DNA of 64,000 nt from Octopus sinensis. Lineage: Eukaryota. The stretch spans positions 5,270,001 to 5,334,000 of the forward strand of contig NC_043007.1 in the NCBI RefSeq assembly GCF_006345805.1, in the 5' to 3' direction. Shown here piece after piece: positions 12,820 to 25,253 of the stretch. The position numbers and the translations under genes were made by a program. The notes beneath the pieces are model-generated. The model searched no databases. It was not told the origin of the DNA and worked only from the letters and a program-made list of their open reading frames with translations. How positions within the stretch are numbered: position 1 is the first letter of the stretch; each line of letters opens with the position of its first letter.

Positions 12820-13155
12820 CTTGCCAGCATTGCCTTACAGGTACATGTGCCAGTGACACATAAAAAACAAAATTTCGAGCGTGGTCGTTACCAGTGTCAC
12901 TGGACTGGCTCCCATGCAGGTAGCATGTAAAAAACGCCTTTTGAGCGTGATCGTTGCCAGAACTGTCTGACTGGCCCTTATGCCGGTGGCATGTAAAAGG
13001 CACCCACTACACTCACGGAGTGGTTGACATTAGGAAGGGCATCCATCTGTAGAAACTTTGCTAGATCAGATTAGGGCCTGGTGCAGCCTGTGCCTCACCA
13101 GTCCTCAGTCAAACCATCCAACCCATGCCAGCATGGAAAGTGACGATGATGATGA
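12820..13155 (+). mobile_element. RTE LINE 3' tail copy
   Basis: Minisatellite units, terminal segment, GAT tail. Confidence 0.8.
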
Positions 13156-13173
13156 CATATATATGTACATATA

Positions 13174-13256
<83 letters not shown>

Positions 13257-13831
13257 CTGTAGAGCGAGAGAAATATTGATTGTTATTAATTCCATTAATT
13301 CCATTAATTAAAAAGAAATAAGAATTACAAGAAAATATGGCAGAATATTAAGCAGCCTCTGCTAACAAGATGTGTCTTAATCAAGAAATGATTAATACAG
13401 ACCAATGACGGACTTTCTACTTCATTATTCAGTCTTCTTGAAATAGCAGCCAAATCTTCCTCACCTCACTCCCTCGTTTAAAAAAAAGTAAGTATACATT
13501 GGTTAATATAGCCTTAGATATACTATGCCGAAAACTTAGACTGATTTGATCAAGGTTGACCTGAAGTGAAATAACAACAAAACTGTTTAAGCAAATAAGG
13601 TTGCTTCTATCAGGATACTTGATCTGCTAGAAATACCAACTAAATACTCCTTAAATTACACACTGTTATTTTGGGAAAAAGCAGATGGAGTGTTTGAGAG
13701 TTTTGGATAATGTATATTCTACATAGCATGAGAAAGATGGGGGGACTCTCTTTACTGGAATGGAATATTTCAGTTTTTATTCTGTTCAAATAGATAGAAC
13801 CAAGGCTATACAACAACAACAACAACAGCAT

Positions 13832-14049
13832 CCCCAACTTCCTACGCAACTGCTGAGCCTGGATGCGCATTCATTCATCCGTCAATACTCTCGGTGTTGG
13901 GGGTTGACCTGCTTTCTCTTCTGCGGGTCTTACGAATAGCAAAGGACCACGTTTTGGACTTCTCCCATCTTGCGAGCTCTGGGACGAAGACTGTTCACTC
14001 AACAAAGAAACAAACAAGCAACAACAATAACAACAACAACAACAACAAC

Positions 14050-14080
<31 letters not shown>
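13832..14080 (+). mobile_element. Tail-only copy of the 39108 element with expanded (CAA)n
   Basis: Near-identity to 39265-39430. Confidence 0.75.
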
Positions 14081-14389
14081 GTGACAATGGCAAATAACAT
14101 TAATTAAAATTAATGAACTTACCTCCATTTTGAAGGAGATATTTAAACAAAATCTATTCCCGAAATTGCCACCTTCACTGACTGCGTGCATGAATAAATC
14201 TGTATTAACGAAAGCAAATTTGATTTCACTTACAATATGAAGGGTGGAGCAAATCCGTTCGGTTTGAGATGAACTTGTTTGTAGACGGATTAGAGATTAA
14301 CGCAAATCAGGTAGTATTTACAACGTCGCAAATGCTTGTGCGTGTGTGTGTATGTGTGTGCGTGCATATATATATATATATATATATCA

Positions 14390-14670
14390 TCATCATCATC
14401 ATCATCATCATCGTTTAACATCTGCTTTCCATGCTAGCATGGGTTGGATGGTTTGACCGGGGTCTGGGAAGTCAGGAGGCTGCACCAGGCTCCAGTCTGA
14501 TTTGGCAGAGTTTCTACAGCTGGATGACCTTCCTAATGCCAACCACTCCGTGAGTGTAGAGAGTGCTTTTTACATGCCACCGGCACAGGTGCCAAGGGAG
14601 GCTAGCAATGACCATGATCTGTTGGTGCTTTTTACGTGCCCCCGACACGGAAGCCAGTCAAGGTGGTGTT
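14390..14670 (-). mobile_element. RTE LINE 3' tail copy
   Basis: (CAT)n followed by the reverse complement of the terminal segment. Confidence 0.8.
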
Positions 14671-14727
14671 GGCATCGGTGTATATATATATACACACACA
14701 CACATATATATGTATGTATGTATATTT

Positions 14728-15650
14728 GTATAAGGGGATGCTGAAAAGCCCCCAGGGTCTTGCAAAAGGCATGGTTGGAGGCCCAACCCTCTCAATTATT
14801 TTACAGGGCTTAAATCATTAAATGTTTTTCCTTGCAATGGGTTCTGTTGAGACAAAAACAAGTGGTACAATATCAGGGGAATGTGGTGGATGGCGTAGGC
14901 GATCCCAGCCAAGTTCATGTAACTTTGTTTGGTTAATCAAAGACCCTTGTGGTTGGGCATTGTCTTGTTGGAACTCTACCCCTTTCTTTTTGGCAATCTC
15001 TAGCCTCAGTTCTTTGATTTTTTTGTTTCAAATTAGCCAGCTGATGGCAGCATACATCAGACTTAATGGTCTGGTTTTGTGGGAGAATCTCATTATAAAT
15101 AATGCCTTTACATTCCCACCAAACACAAAGCATAACTTTTTTGGCATCGATATTCGTCTTTGGTCGCTGTTTTGGGGGATTATTACACAAACTCCAGGAT
15201 CTTTGGATCTTTTTCACGCTACATTTTCAAACACAATCCATTTTTCATCTCCAGTCACAAGTTGTTTCAAAAAAGGCATGCCTTCATTCCGTTTCAAAAG
15301 CATATCACAAATGGTATACTGTTCCAAGCAATTCTTTTCTGAAAGTTTGTGAGGGACTCATACATTATAGCAAGAAATGTATCCTAGCTTCACTAGGTGT
15401 TCATGAGCCATACTTTCAGAAACTTCCAATTCCTCTGCAAGTTCTCTAGTCGTGATTTTTGAGTTTTCTTCAATTTTAGCCTTCAAAACATCTTCATCCA
15501 CTGCGCAGGTTTTCCACTGCGACTGTCATCTTCCGAGCTAAACTCTCCAGTTTTAAATTTTGCAAACCACATTCAAACAGTTCATTCACCTACAGCATCA
15601 TCATCACCATAAACTTCACAAATGTTGTTGCAAGTCTTTGCAATATTTTC
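14728..15650 (-). mobile_element. mariner transposase pseudogene remnant
   Basis: Minus strand with stops/frameshifts: WFAKFKTGEF..RSGKP (HTH), *VPHKL (WVPHEL), VTGDEKWI, KKVMLCVWW, FQQDNAQP, HPPHSPDI. TIR-like TAAGGGGATGCTGAAAAG near 14730. Confidence 0.9.
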
Positions 15651-15654
15651 TCCT

Positions 15655-16122
15655 GGTATGGTCGTGTGTTGCGAATGGATGAGGACAGCAGTGTGAAAAA
15701 GTGTCACACCCTAGCAGTTGAGGGAACCTGTGGAAGAGGTAGACCCAGGAAAACCTGGGATGAGGTGGTAAAGCATGACCTTCGAACATTGGGCCTCACC
15801 AAGGCAATGACTAGTGCACGTAAAAAGCACCATTCGAGTGTGATCATTGCCAGGGTTGCCTTAATGGCACATGTGCAGGTGGTACTTGAAAAACAACATT
15901 CAAGCATGGCCGTTGCCAGTGCCACCGGACGGCTCCCATGCAGGTGGCATGTAAAAGCAACCACTACACTCTCGGAGTGGTTGGCGTTAGGAAGGGCATC
16001 CAGCTGTAGAAACACTGCCAGATCAGACTGGAGCCTGGTGCAGCCTTCTGGCTTGCCAGTCCTCAGTCAAACCATGCAACCCATGCTAGCATGGAAAGCG
16101 GACATTAAACAATGATGATGAT
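15655..16122 (+). mobile_element. RTE LINE 3' fragment (ORF2 C-terminus joined to UTR, internally deleted)
   Basis: WYGRVLRMDEDSSVKKCHTLAVEGTCGRGRPRKTWDEVVKHDL, then minisatellite and terminal segment. Confidence 0.88.
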
Positions 16123-16819
16123 ACATATGAAGAGCAAATAACTGGCTACTCCAGCAGGAATTGGAGTAATTGTGGTGGAGAAGAAGGGTCAGAGTGTATT
16201 CTTAAGTTACAATAAGATGGATGGAGAGAGAGAAGAGAATTGAGGATGGTTGTTTGGGGATAGGTTCATGAGAATATGAAAGGAGGGTGAAAATGATGGA
16301 GAGGAGGATAGAAGTGGTGAACATGGTTGAAGGCGTGGTCATTAGGGAATCTCTGTTTAGTGGAAGGGAGGGAAAATAAGAGAGGGTCAGTGGGGATGAG
16401 GTGATAGGTAACAATGGGGTGGGGTAGAGAGCAACAGTGTTACAACCCCCACCCCCACCCCATAAAGAGATTTAGAGACAGGGAGAAGATGTGGAGTGTG
16501 GGGGGAAGAGAGAAAATGCACAGTGACGGAGATGGAAGTCAGAGGCACGTAGGGATGGTTATAATGAATGACAGAAAAATGGTGGTGGTAGTGGTGGGGG
16601 TGGGGTGTTTGGGGTGGGGGTGGGGGAGTGTCGATGTACATATGAGTGTGTGTTCAAGGGAAAGGGACATTCAGTAGAAATAAAGAGGTTTGGGGGTGTG
16701 GGATATGTGTTGAGAAGGGTCAACAAGTAGAGATTGGATGTGTGGAGGTATAATTTGCTATATGCCTAAATGTGTGTGTGTGTGAGTGTGTGTAAGCATG
16801 TGCCTATCTATCTACTTAT

Positions 16820-16854
<35 letters not shown>

Positions 16855-17379
16855 AATATGCACATGCATATTTAACTTATGATAACAAACTCATAACCTG
16901 TGTAGACATCGAAATACAGCAGCAACTGTGTTCTTGTTTAACAATGATTTTTTTTTTACTTATATTTAAAAAAAAAAAAGGAAAGCAAAACAAAATGCAA
17001 AACAAAATAAAACAATCTAACAACAACAACAACAACATAAATAAAAAAAGCATGATGTAAATTCATCAGAACAGTGAACCAAAGCCGAAAGATTATCAGT
17101 CTGTAATGTAAAACCAAAAACCAAATAAAAAAAAACAAGTTAAAAAGAAGAAAAAGAAACAACTTTTCCCCTTTTGTTGCTAAGCAATAAAGAATGCAGT
17201 TTCCGTTCTTCTTCTTCTTGTTGTTCTTCTTCTTCCTTCATGAAGCAGGAACTACTGAGTTGCTAATTAATGTCTACATACATTTATGTATTTCCCAGTT
17301 TCAAATGTTATTCTTCAGAAATAGAAACTTCTTGTTTACAAAATATATACATTTTTTATGTTTACTATTTTAATGAATA

Positions 17380-17442
17380 CGGTGGTGGTGGTGGTGGTGG
17401 TGGTGGTGGTGGTGGTGGTGGTGGTGGTGGTGGTGGTGGTGG
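17380..17442. repeat. (GGT)n microsatellite
   Basis: Direct reading. Confidence 0.97.
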
Positions 17443-17985
17443 TTTTGGTGGTTGTAATGAAAGTGGTGGTGGTGGTGGTGATGGAGGTTCTGGTGGTGGA
17501 GGTTGGTGGGGTTAGGATGATGGTTGTAGCAATGGTAGTGTTTACGACGGTGGTGGTGGTGTTTTACTGATGGTGACAATGATAATTGCAAGAAATAGCA
17601 GTTAAATCTTTCTCAAGTCAAGCAACCAAACATCTTCAAAAAGACAAAAACAAAAACGTATTCAATAATATAGTCTTAGATGTACTTATGCTAAAGAACC
17701 GAAAACAAAACAAAACTTAGAAACTGAAAGGACGGTCATGGCTGGAACACCTACGAAGAATAGGTTTTCTTAATCGGAGGCTAAACTAAGAATTCTTGGA
17801 GGTAGTGTGTTGGTGTCTTGACTTTCTGTTTCAATTCTTAGTGTTAATGGAGCTAATTAATGGAGCTAATTAATGGGGCTAATTAATGGCTTTCTTGATA
17901 AGGAGCTGATAAGCATGTCCTTGCTTTTATGTAATGCACACACGAACACACACACGAACACGCATACACACGCATACATACACAT

Positions 17986-18029
<44 letters not shown>

Positions 18030-18227
18030 CTAAACAAGTGTCTAAAGGAGATAAAACTGATAACAACACATTGATAAATGTCTTCCAGTCATGAAAGATC
18101 ATTTATTTATAGCATACACATGTATATGTGTATGTGTGTGTCTGTGTCCCCATCCATATATATGGACGGACACACAGACGCACACAGACATATATACATG
18201 TCTTTATTTATTTGACCCCTGGACTGG

Positions 18228-18617
18228 AGATACGTAAAAAGCACTATCCAAATCGTGGCCGATGCCAGCGCCGCCTCGACTGGCTTCCGTGTCGGTGGCA
18301 CGTAAAAAGCACCATCCGAATCGTGGCCGAAGCCAGTGCCGCCTCGACTGGCTTCCGTGCAGGTGGTACGTAAAATGCACCAATCCGACCGTGGCCGATG
18401 CCAGCCTCGCCTGGCACCAGTGCAGGTGGCACGTAAAAAGCACCCACTACACTCACGGAGTGGTTGGCGTTAGGAAGGGCATCCAGCTGTAGAAACATTG
18501 CCAGATAAGACCGGAGCCTGGTGCAGCCTTCTGGCTTCCCAGATCCCCGGTCGAACCGTCCAACCCATTCTAGCATGGAAAACGGACGTTAAACGATGAT
18601 GATGATGATGATGATAT
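18228..18617 (+). mobile_element. RTE LINE 3' tail copy
   Basis: Four CpG-rich minisatellite units (GTAAAA anchors ~63-69 bp apart) and (GAT)n. Confidence 0.88.
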
Positions 18618-18657
18618 GGATACACACGCATATATATATAAATATATATATTTAATT

Positions 18658-18800
18658 TCATCATCATCATCATCATCATTTAACGTCTGCTTTCAATGCT
18701 AGCATGGGTTGGACAAATGACTGAGGGCTGGTGAACCAGATGGCTGCACCAGGCTTCAGTCTTGATCTGGCAGGGTTTCTACTGCTGGATTCCCTTCCTA
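18658..18800 (-). mobile_element. Short RTE 3' tail copy, inverted relative to its neighbour
   Basis: (CAT)n TTTAACGTCTGCTTTCAATGCTAGCATGGGTTGGAC. Confidence 0.8.
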
Positions 18801-19349
18801 ATATTTATGATTTATCTAAGTGTATTCTTTTATTCTTTTATCCTTCTACTTGTTTCGATATTTTGACTGTGCCCATACTGGAGCACACACACACATACAC
18901 ACACTGTTTAGAAAAGTGTATTATATGATGTTTTATGGTTTTAAGGTTCTATAGTTCTTGATGTGGCAATCTCCATTTCGATGATGATGCTCCAAATGTC
19001 CACACTTCTTGACCATAGCTATGTGTGGTGATTATGGGTTTGAAATTTAATCTTTGTATTTGTGTTGTGTAGTAATAAGAAGATTCTTTTCCTTGTGGCG
19101 GTCATTTGACTGCAGCCATGCTGGAGCACCACCTTTTGTCGAATAAAATTGTCCTCAGAACTTATTCTTTGTAAGCCTAGTTCTTATTCTGTTGGTATCT
19201 TTTGCCAAACTGCTAAGCTACAGGGATATAAGCACACCAACGTCGGCTGCCAAGTGATGGTGGGGGATAAACACAAGCACACACACATATACACACACAC
19301 AAATACACACACACACACACAAACACACACATACATACATACATACATA

Positions 19350-19878
19350 TTGGAGTACGGGATTCAAGCCTCTTCTACTTATCTCCTCAAAGACATACAT
19401 CATCTCAAAAGAGTCCAGAAGCTGGCTACCCGCATGGTTCTTGGTCTTAAGCATTTGTCTTATGAAGAAAGGCTGAAGACGCTCGACCTTTATTCTCTAG
19501 AAAAACGCCGCCGCCGTGGTGAGCTCATTCTCGCTCACAACATCATAAGCGGAAAGTGTAACCTCTCGAAAGAGCTGTTCTTCACTCCCGCTCCAGAGCG
19601 TCGGCTGCGGGGTGACTCCGAAAAGCTCTATCTGTAACGATTTCATCTCAATCGAAGGAGAGAGGCTTTCTCCGTCCGAGTTGCAGATCCGTGGAATAAG
19701 CTGCCGGACGAGATAGTGAAGATGCCGACGACCGCTCGGTTCAAAGTCTCTCTTGACCAGAAATGGCCTGAACTCTTTGCATGAACATCCTCCCTGTACA
19801 TAACTCCATGTCCCACCTACATGGCCTTGCTTTTTGCTTTTTGGGCCAAAAACTTAACTTAACTTAACTTAACTTAAC
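19350..19878 (+). mobile_element. CR1-type LINE 3' end
   Basis: LEYGIQAS...LKRVQKLATRMV.GLKHLSYEERLKTLDLYSLEKRRRRGELI...WNKLP. One internal stop at 19635-19637; (ACTTA)n tail. Confidence 0.9.
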
Positions 19879-20505
19879 ATATTAGAAGCAGTATAAATAT
19901 CTACGATCACATAAACTCATCACATTTTGGACAGATTGTCTTAAAAAGATGCTAACAATCTTTAGCTGTTCCGAAACAGTTTATTTGCTCCAAATTGTTT
20001 TATAGAAAAATTCAGAAAAATTCTATAAAGTTGAGTCTCATACAAGTGCACAAAATAATAAAGGAAAACAAAAAAAAAAGACAAGTATGGAATCTGAAGA
20101 AAAATTTTACTCTTTCATTCATTTTTGTTTTCTGGGAAATAATGCTTGTTTTTTAAAGTGCTACACTAATTTATATAATCAATTTAAATAGATTATTTTT
20201 CTAAACAGTAAATTTTACTAATGCCTCAGGGTATGAAATATTCTTGGTTTTTCTGTAAGTAGCTTTAACACTAGGAAAACCAACTTACTATTGACCAAAA
20301 GAAAAACAGGTCTTTTTCTAAAATTACCATGTAGAGAGGACAGTGTAATCCAAAGCAACGATGTACATTCTTGACAAGTTCCAGCAGATTTAATTACAAA
20401 TCATCATCATCGTCGTTTATCGTCCGTTTTATATAATAATAATTGATTGATTGATTGATTCTAGTTTCAGCTCATGAGCTGTGGCCATGCTGAGGCACCG
20501 CCATT

Positions 20506-20526
20506 TATAATAATAATAATAATAAT

Positions 20527-20563
<37 letters not shown>

Positions 20564-20593
20564 GTAATAGTAATAGTAATAATAGTAGTAGTA

Positions 20594-20657
<64 letters not shown>

Positions 20658-20661
20658 TAAC

Positions 20662-20699
<38 letters not shown>

Positions 20700-20815
20700 A
20701 ATTATTGTATACAGTGCTCAGGTGCACCACAACTTGTCAAAAGTGTGTATAAAGCATATGCAGTAATGTACAAATATCTGGGAAATGAACAGTGTATGAG
20801 TCGGATACATGCGTC
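20506..20815 (-). mobile_element. CR1-type LINE 3' UTR with expanded (ATT)n tail
   Basis: 20695-20815 nearly matches 44752-44870, which is the 3' UTR of the CR1 at 44735-45595. Confidence 0.75.
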
Positions 20816-21577
20816 AGAAAGAAACTGAAAAAGTTACAGAACCCAAAAGGCCTCAGGTGCCACTCTTTTCCTTATTTCAATCACTATTAAATATGAAACG
20901 GTAACACACAACTTGGTGCATACATTTAGATGATACACTTAGATACATTTAGGCCAGGTCAGTGAATTGGCCAAGTCAGACAGAATGCCTGGTGGTATTT
21001 GTTCTGAGTTGCTGAATCCAAAGTCAACTTTTCTTTTTTTCAGAGTCTATAAAAACAGAATGAATCCAGGAAAATGGATTGATGGAGCTTTAAGAATTTG
21101 ATGACAAAATCTCCTGTGTCATCTCTTCTGACTCTCTTAGTTTTGAGTTCAAATTCTGCCGAAGTTAGCTATACCTCTCTTTCTTTTGTTGGGGGTCAGT
21201 ATTAAATCAAAACCAGTTCTGGGTAGTGGATTAGTGGAACTGTAAGAATTTATAGGGTACAATGCCTTGTGGTATCTATTCTGACCCTTGGGTGGTTGAT
21301 TTAATCCATTGTCCTGTATAACACCACCTGGTATATCTTGGGTGCTTTCATCAGAATCTGTTCCGTAGCAAGCATTCCGAACCAGGTTTCCAGTTTAAGG
21401 ATATCTTCCTCCAACCATTCCACCATCTTGGAGACCTTGTAAACAGTCATGGAGACTACTTTCCCTCCTGATTAAAGGTCAAAACAAAAAAAATAAAAAC
21501 AGATACTCATACACACATTCACACACATGCACACACACACACACACACACACACATGCATACAGCACGTACACTCAC

Positions 21578-21926
21578 ACAGGCATGGCTGTATACTTGAG
21601 AAATTTGCTTCCCAAACACATGGTTTCAGGTTCAATCCTACTGCACAATACCTTGAGCAAGTATCTTCTACCGTTGCCCTGGAACAACCAAAGCCTTTTG
21701 AACGGATTTGATAGATAGAAACTTTATGAAGTTTGTAGTGTGTGTGTGTGTTTATTCTCATCATCACTTGACAGCTAGTGCTGGTTTGTTTACATCCCTG
21801 TAACTTAGTGGTTTGGCAAAAGTGACCAATAGAACAAGCACAGGATCTCAATTTGTTTGACTAGACTTGTCGAAGTGGTGCTCCAGCATGGCTGCAGTCC
21901 AATGACTGAAGCAAGTAAAAGATAAA
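21578..21926 (+). mobile_element. tRNA-derived SINE, family A (bipartite, internal microsatellite)
   Basis: Pol III-type head (GGTTCAATCC), (TG)n middle, tail GGTGCTCCAGCATGGC..AAGTAAAAG. Confidence 0.75.
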
Positions 21927-22120
21927 ACGATATAAGACGGAAGATTTTAAGCAAAATACTTTTAACAAAAAAAAAATCTTGGTATACACAATTGAAATAG
22001 TATTACATTAAAATTGTCATCTGTGTATCATACAAAATGTATACACACCATTAGCAGGCATGATACTACTGAATTGTCAGAGATTCTTCACAGACTTGTT
22101 TTAAAAGCATAATACATATT

Positions 22121-22350
22121 TATTTCTTTATTATCCCCAAGGGGCTAAACATAGAGGGGACAAACAAAGACAGACAAAGGGATTAAGTCAATTACATTGA
22201 CCCCAGTATGTAACTGGTACTTTATTTATCGACCCCTAAAGGATGAAGGGCAAAGTCGACCTCGGCGGAATTTGAACTCAGAACATAACGACAGACGAAA
22301 TACCGCTAAGCATTTCGCCCGGCACGCTAACGTTCCTGCCAGCTCACCAC
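22121..22350 (-). mobile_element. SINE family B
   Basis: Reverse complement of 6580-6805. Confidence 0.85.
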
Positions 22351-22689
22351 TCACATGTTGGAACAAGATGAACCTCATTGCCACTGTGACCCACCTTTGT
22401 TGAGGTTTGTCAATTCAATGCTCTGCTTTCGATTGTCATCTGCTTAAAACAAAATCCAATTTTAATCCAATGCTGTTTCAATTGTGTATTCTAAGGTTTT
22501 CTGAAGCCTTGCAACCTTCTTCTGTATCAGTAAATGTTTTATTCACCGTTTCTTATATGTCAAAGCATGAATTTTATTCAAGCAAGTGACACAGCATTGG
22601 CAGGCTTCACCGAAGCAAGACATGCCTTGTGGTGTTCTCGTGAGTGATTACAGTGGTGAGGTTTGTCCTGCACCAAAACTCTTTTCAAC

Positions 22690-23094
22690 TCTTTTACCTG
22701 TTTCAGTTATTTGACTGTGGCCATGCTGGAGCACTGCCTTTAGTCGAGCAAATCGACCCCAGGACTTATTCTTTGTAAGCCCAGTACTTATTCTATCGGT
22801 CTCTTTCACCGAACTGCTAAGTTACAGGGACATAAACACACCAGCATCGGTTGTCAAGCGATGTTGGGGGAGACAAACACAGACACACAAACACACACAC
22901 ATATATATATATATCCAAATACATATATACGACAGGCTTCTTTTCAGTTTCCGTCTGCCAAATCCACCCACAAGGCTTTGGTCAGCCCGAGGCTATAGTA
23001 GAAGACACTTGCCCTAGGTGCCACACCGTGGGACTGAACCCGGAACCATGTGGTTTGTAAGCAAGCTACTTACCACATAGCCACTCCTGCACCT
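22690..23094 (-). mobile_element. tRNA-derived SINE, family A, full length
   Basis: Minus strand AGGAGTGGCTATGTGGTAAG...GGTTCAGTCCC head, (TA)/(TG) middle, conserved tail. Half copies at ~30-160, 3335-3450, 5290-5500, 11415-11590, 19101-19345, 35118-35290, 42105-42260. Confidence 0.85.
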
Positions 23095-24424
23095 ACTATA
23101 TATATAAGCAGTTTTTTTTTTAACACAAGTCTTTGAAGCGATTTTTATCTCAGACAATTTCACTGCTTCATGCCTCCTAATTATGTGTGTTAATTTAATA
23201 TGTTTGAGTTAATACGACAAGCTCTATCATTTCAAATTCTTTCTTGAAATGTTATCTATCCCTTTCTTATAACCTATTTCTAAAGCCAAATGTCTTTTAA
23301 TAAGGAGAAAAGCCAACCCAATTAATCTGTCATTGCCCATTGTAGGACGAAGGTATGAAAGCTACATGTTTGAGTTAGTGAATGGATTGTTTTGTAACTG
23401 TGTTCGTTAGTGGTAAGATTAGAAAAACAAACGAGCTACAGTTGCTGAGAGGGTTAATTGCTTGACACTTCATTATATCCTTAGTGTTCTTTATCTCTTT
23501 GTGTGTGTCATTGAATGAAAGCAACTCTTGTATGATTTCAGCTTGACTGTGGATGACGTCTGGCTGTGTGTTTACTAAAAATTCTAATGTATGTTATCAG
23601 CATTATCAAAATACTTTGGAACTAAAACACTACATTTAAAAAAAAAAGCCAAACATATCTGAACTATTTATAATAGAACCAAAGAAAATTAAGTACAACT
23701 CAACTATGAACTTCTTTTGGATATCATTTATTCCTTCATCCTCTGCAAGTTCCTTGTGGAATCTTTGCCTTTTACATTCTCTATGTTGTTCTGTATTCCA
23801 TATTAATTTCTATTTTCATTCTTAACCCCTTTAAACTAAGCTTCGAACTCATTTTGCCTGTTTTTCATATCTTTTTCAGAAATCTGAATCAAAGGAGAAG
23901 ATCTTGGTAGATCTTGAATTCTTTTTGTAGATTTACAGATAAATTGAAAGCCTTGTCTAGCATCAGACTCCAGAATATGGGAATGACTAAGAATTCATCA
24001 GTAATAAATCCTCTACCTCAGCAAACTGTTTAGGGGTGCAGTCTTTTAGCCCACCTTTCAGAATTAGGGGTGCAGTCTTTTAGACCACCTAGTGGTGGTG
24101 GAGGAACTTTAACTCTTGTTCCACACGATTCACAGGATTGTAATAGTCGTTCTATTGCAACATCGTTTACCATGGAATACTGTAACGATTATCAGTAGAT
24201 AAGATCATTAATTACAGCAAAGTACTTTGACACCTTAATTTCAACTTTCACCTTTGATAAAACCTGACCAGATAAGAACTGTTATCAGATCGTTATGTAT
24301 GTCAGGGTTAAGGTAAGTGTCATTTAGATCGTTCAGTTATAAAATATTATATTTCAATAGGATTTTCGGCAAACACCAAATTCAAATGGATTTGCCTTGC
24401 TTTGTTTTTGGGAAGCCTTATACC

Positions 24425-24641
24425 TATTTCTTTATTGCCCACAAGAGGCTAAACACAGACATGACAAACAAGGACAGATAGACGGATTAAGTCGATTATA
24501 TCGACCCCAGTGCATAACTGGTACTTAATTTATTGACCCCAAAAGGATGAAAGGCAAAGTCGAACTCAGAACGTAGTGGCAGACGAAATACCGCTAAGCA
24601 ATTCACCCAGCATGCTAACGCTTCTGCCAGCTCACCGCCTT
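24425..24641 (-). mobile_element. SINE family B
   Basis: Reverse complement of 6580-6805. Confidence 0.85.
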
Positions 24642-24750
24642 ATACCATGATGCAATGGCGGCTGAATACCAATCTTCCAAGTAGGGAATCACATCTACAA
24701 TGAGGCTGAATATATATAACAAGTCTCCAGAATGTTCATCCTCTGGTCAC

Positions 24751-24910
24751 TAGTGTAGCTGGGGTGGGGCAGTAGGGATGGTCCACTCAGGGCAGCACTT
24801 TTAAAAGGGCACCACTTTTGGGTTGGCTGTAGGCAATATGAGTTTTTTGTGGGGTCCAGGGGCGGCAAACGGAAGGGCCGCTCTGGGTGGCACCCACTCT
24901 AGCTACACTA
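24751..24910. mobile_element. MITE, probably hAT-like
   Basis: 18-bp TIRs TAGTGTAGCTGGGGTGGG / CCCACTCTAGCTACACTA with 2 mismatches; no clear TSD. Confidence 0.6.
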
Positions 24911-25253
24911 ATGTCTTTGGTGCCATGGGCTCTATGTGGTCCTGAATAAAAAGTAGGTATCCAGTCCAATCCAATCTCTGATATTTTGACAATTCTTTTT
25001 CTAAATTTGCAACTATTTCTTCTTTGTATCATTTTTCGTCATCACGTTCCTTATGAGAAAATAAAGTCTCTGAGAGTTTTTCAAGGTGCAGTATCTTCCA
25101 GCATACAAGCTGAATTTTTCAGACCAAACATTACATAAAAGGAAGCTTGGTGAATACACCAAGACGACTTTGGAGGACCAAAAATATTATGTGAAATGCA
25201 GCAGGGTATGAAAAGACAGTAACAGTGTTTGAATGTTTACATTTTATACCACA

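Noticed and set aside
16202-16677. ORFs in the purine-rich block
   Set aside because: Low-complexity strand skew with no recognisable domain; a very old LINE fragment cannot be excluded but is not supportable.
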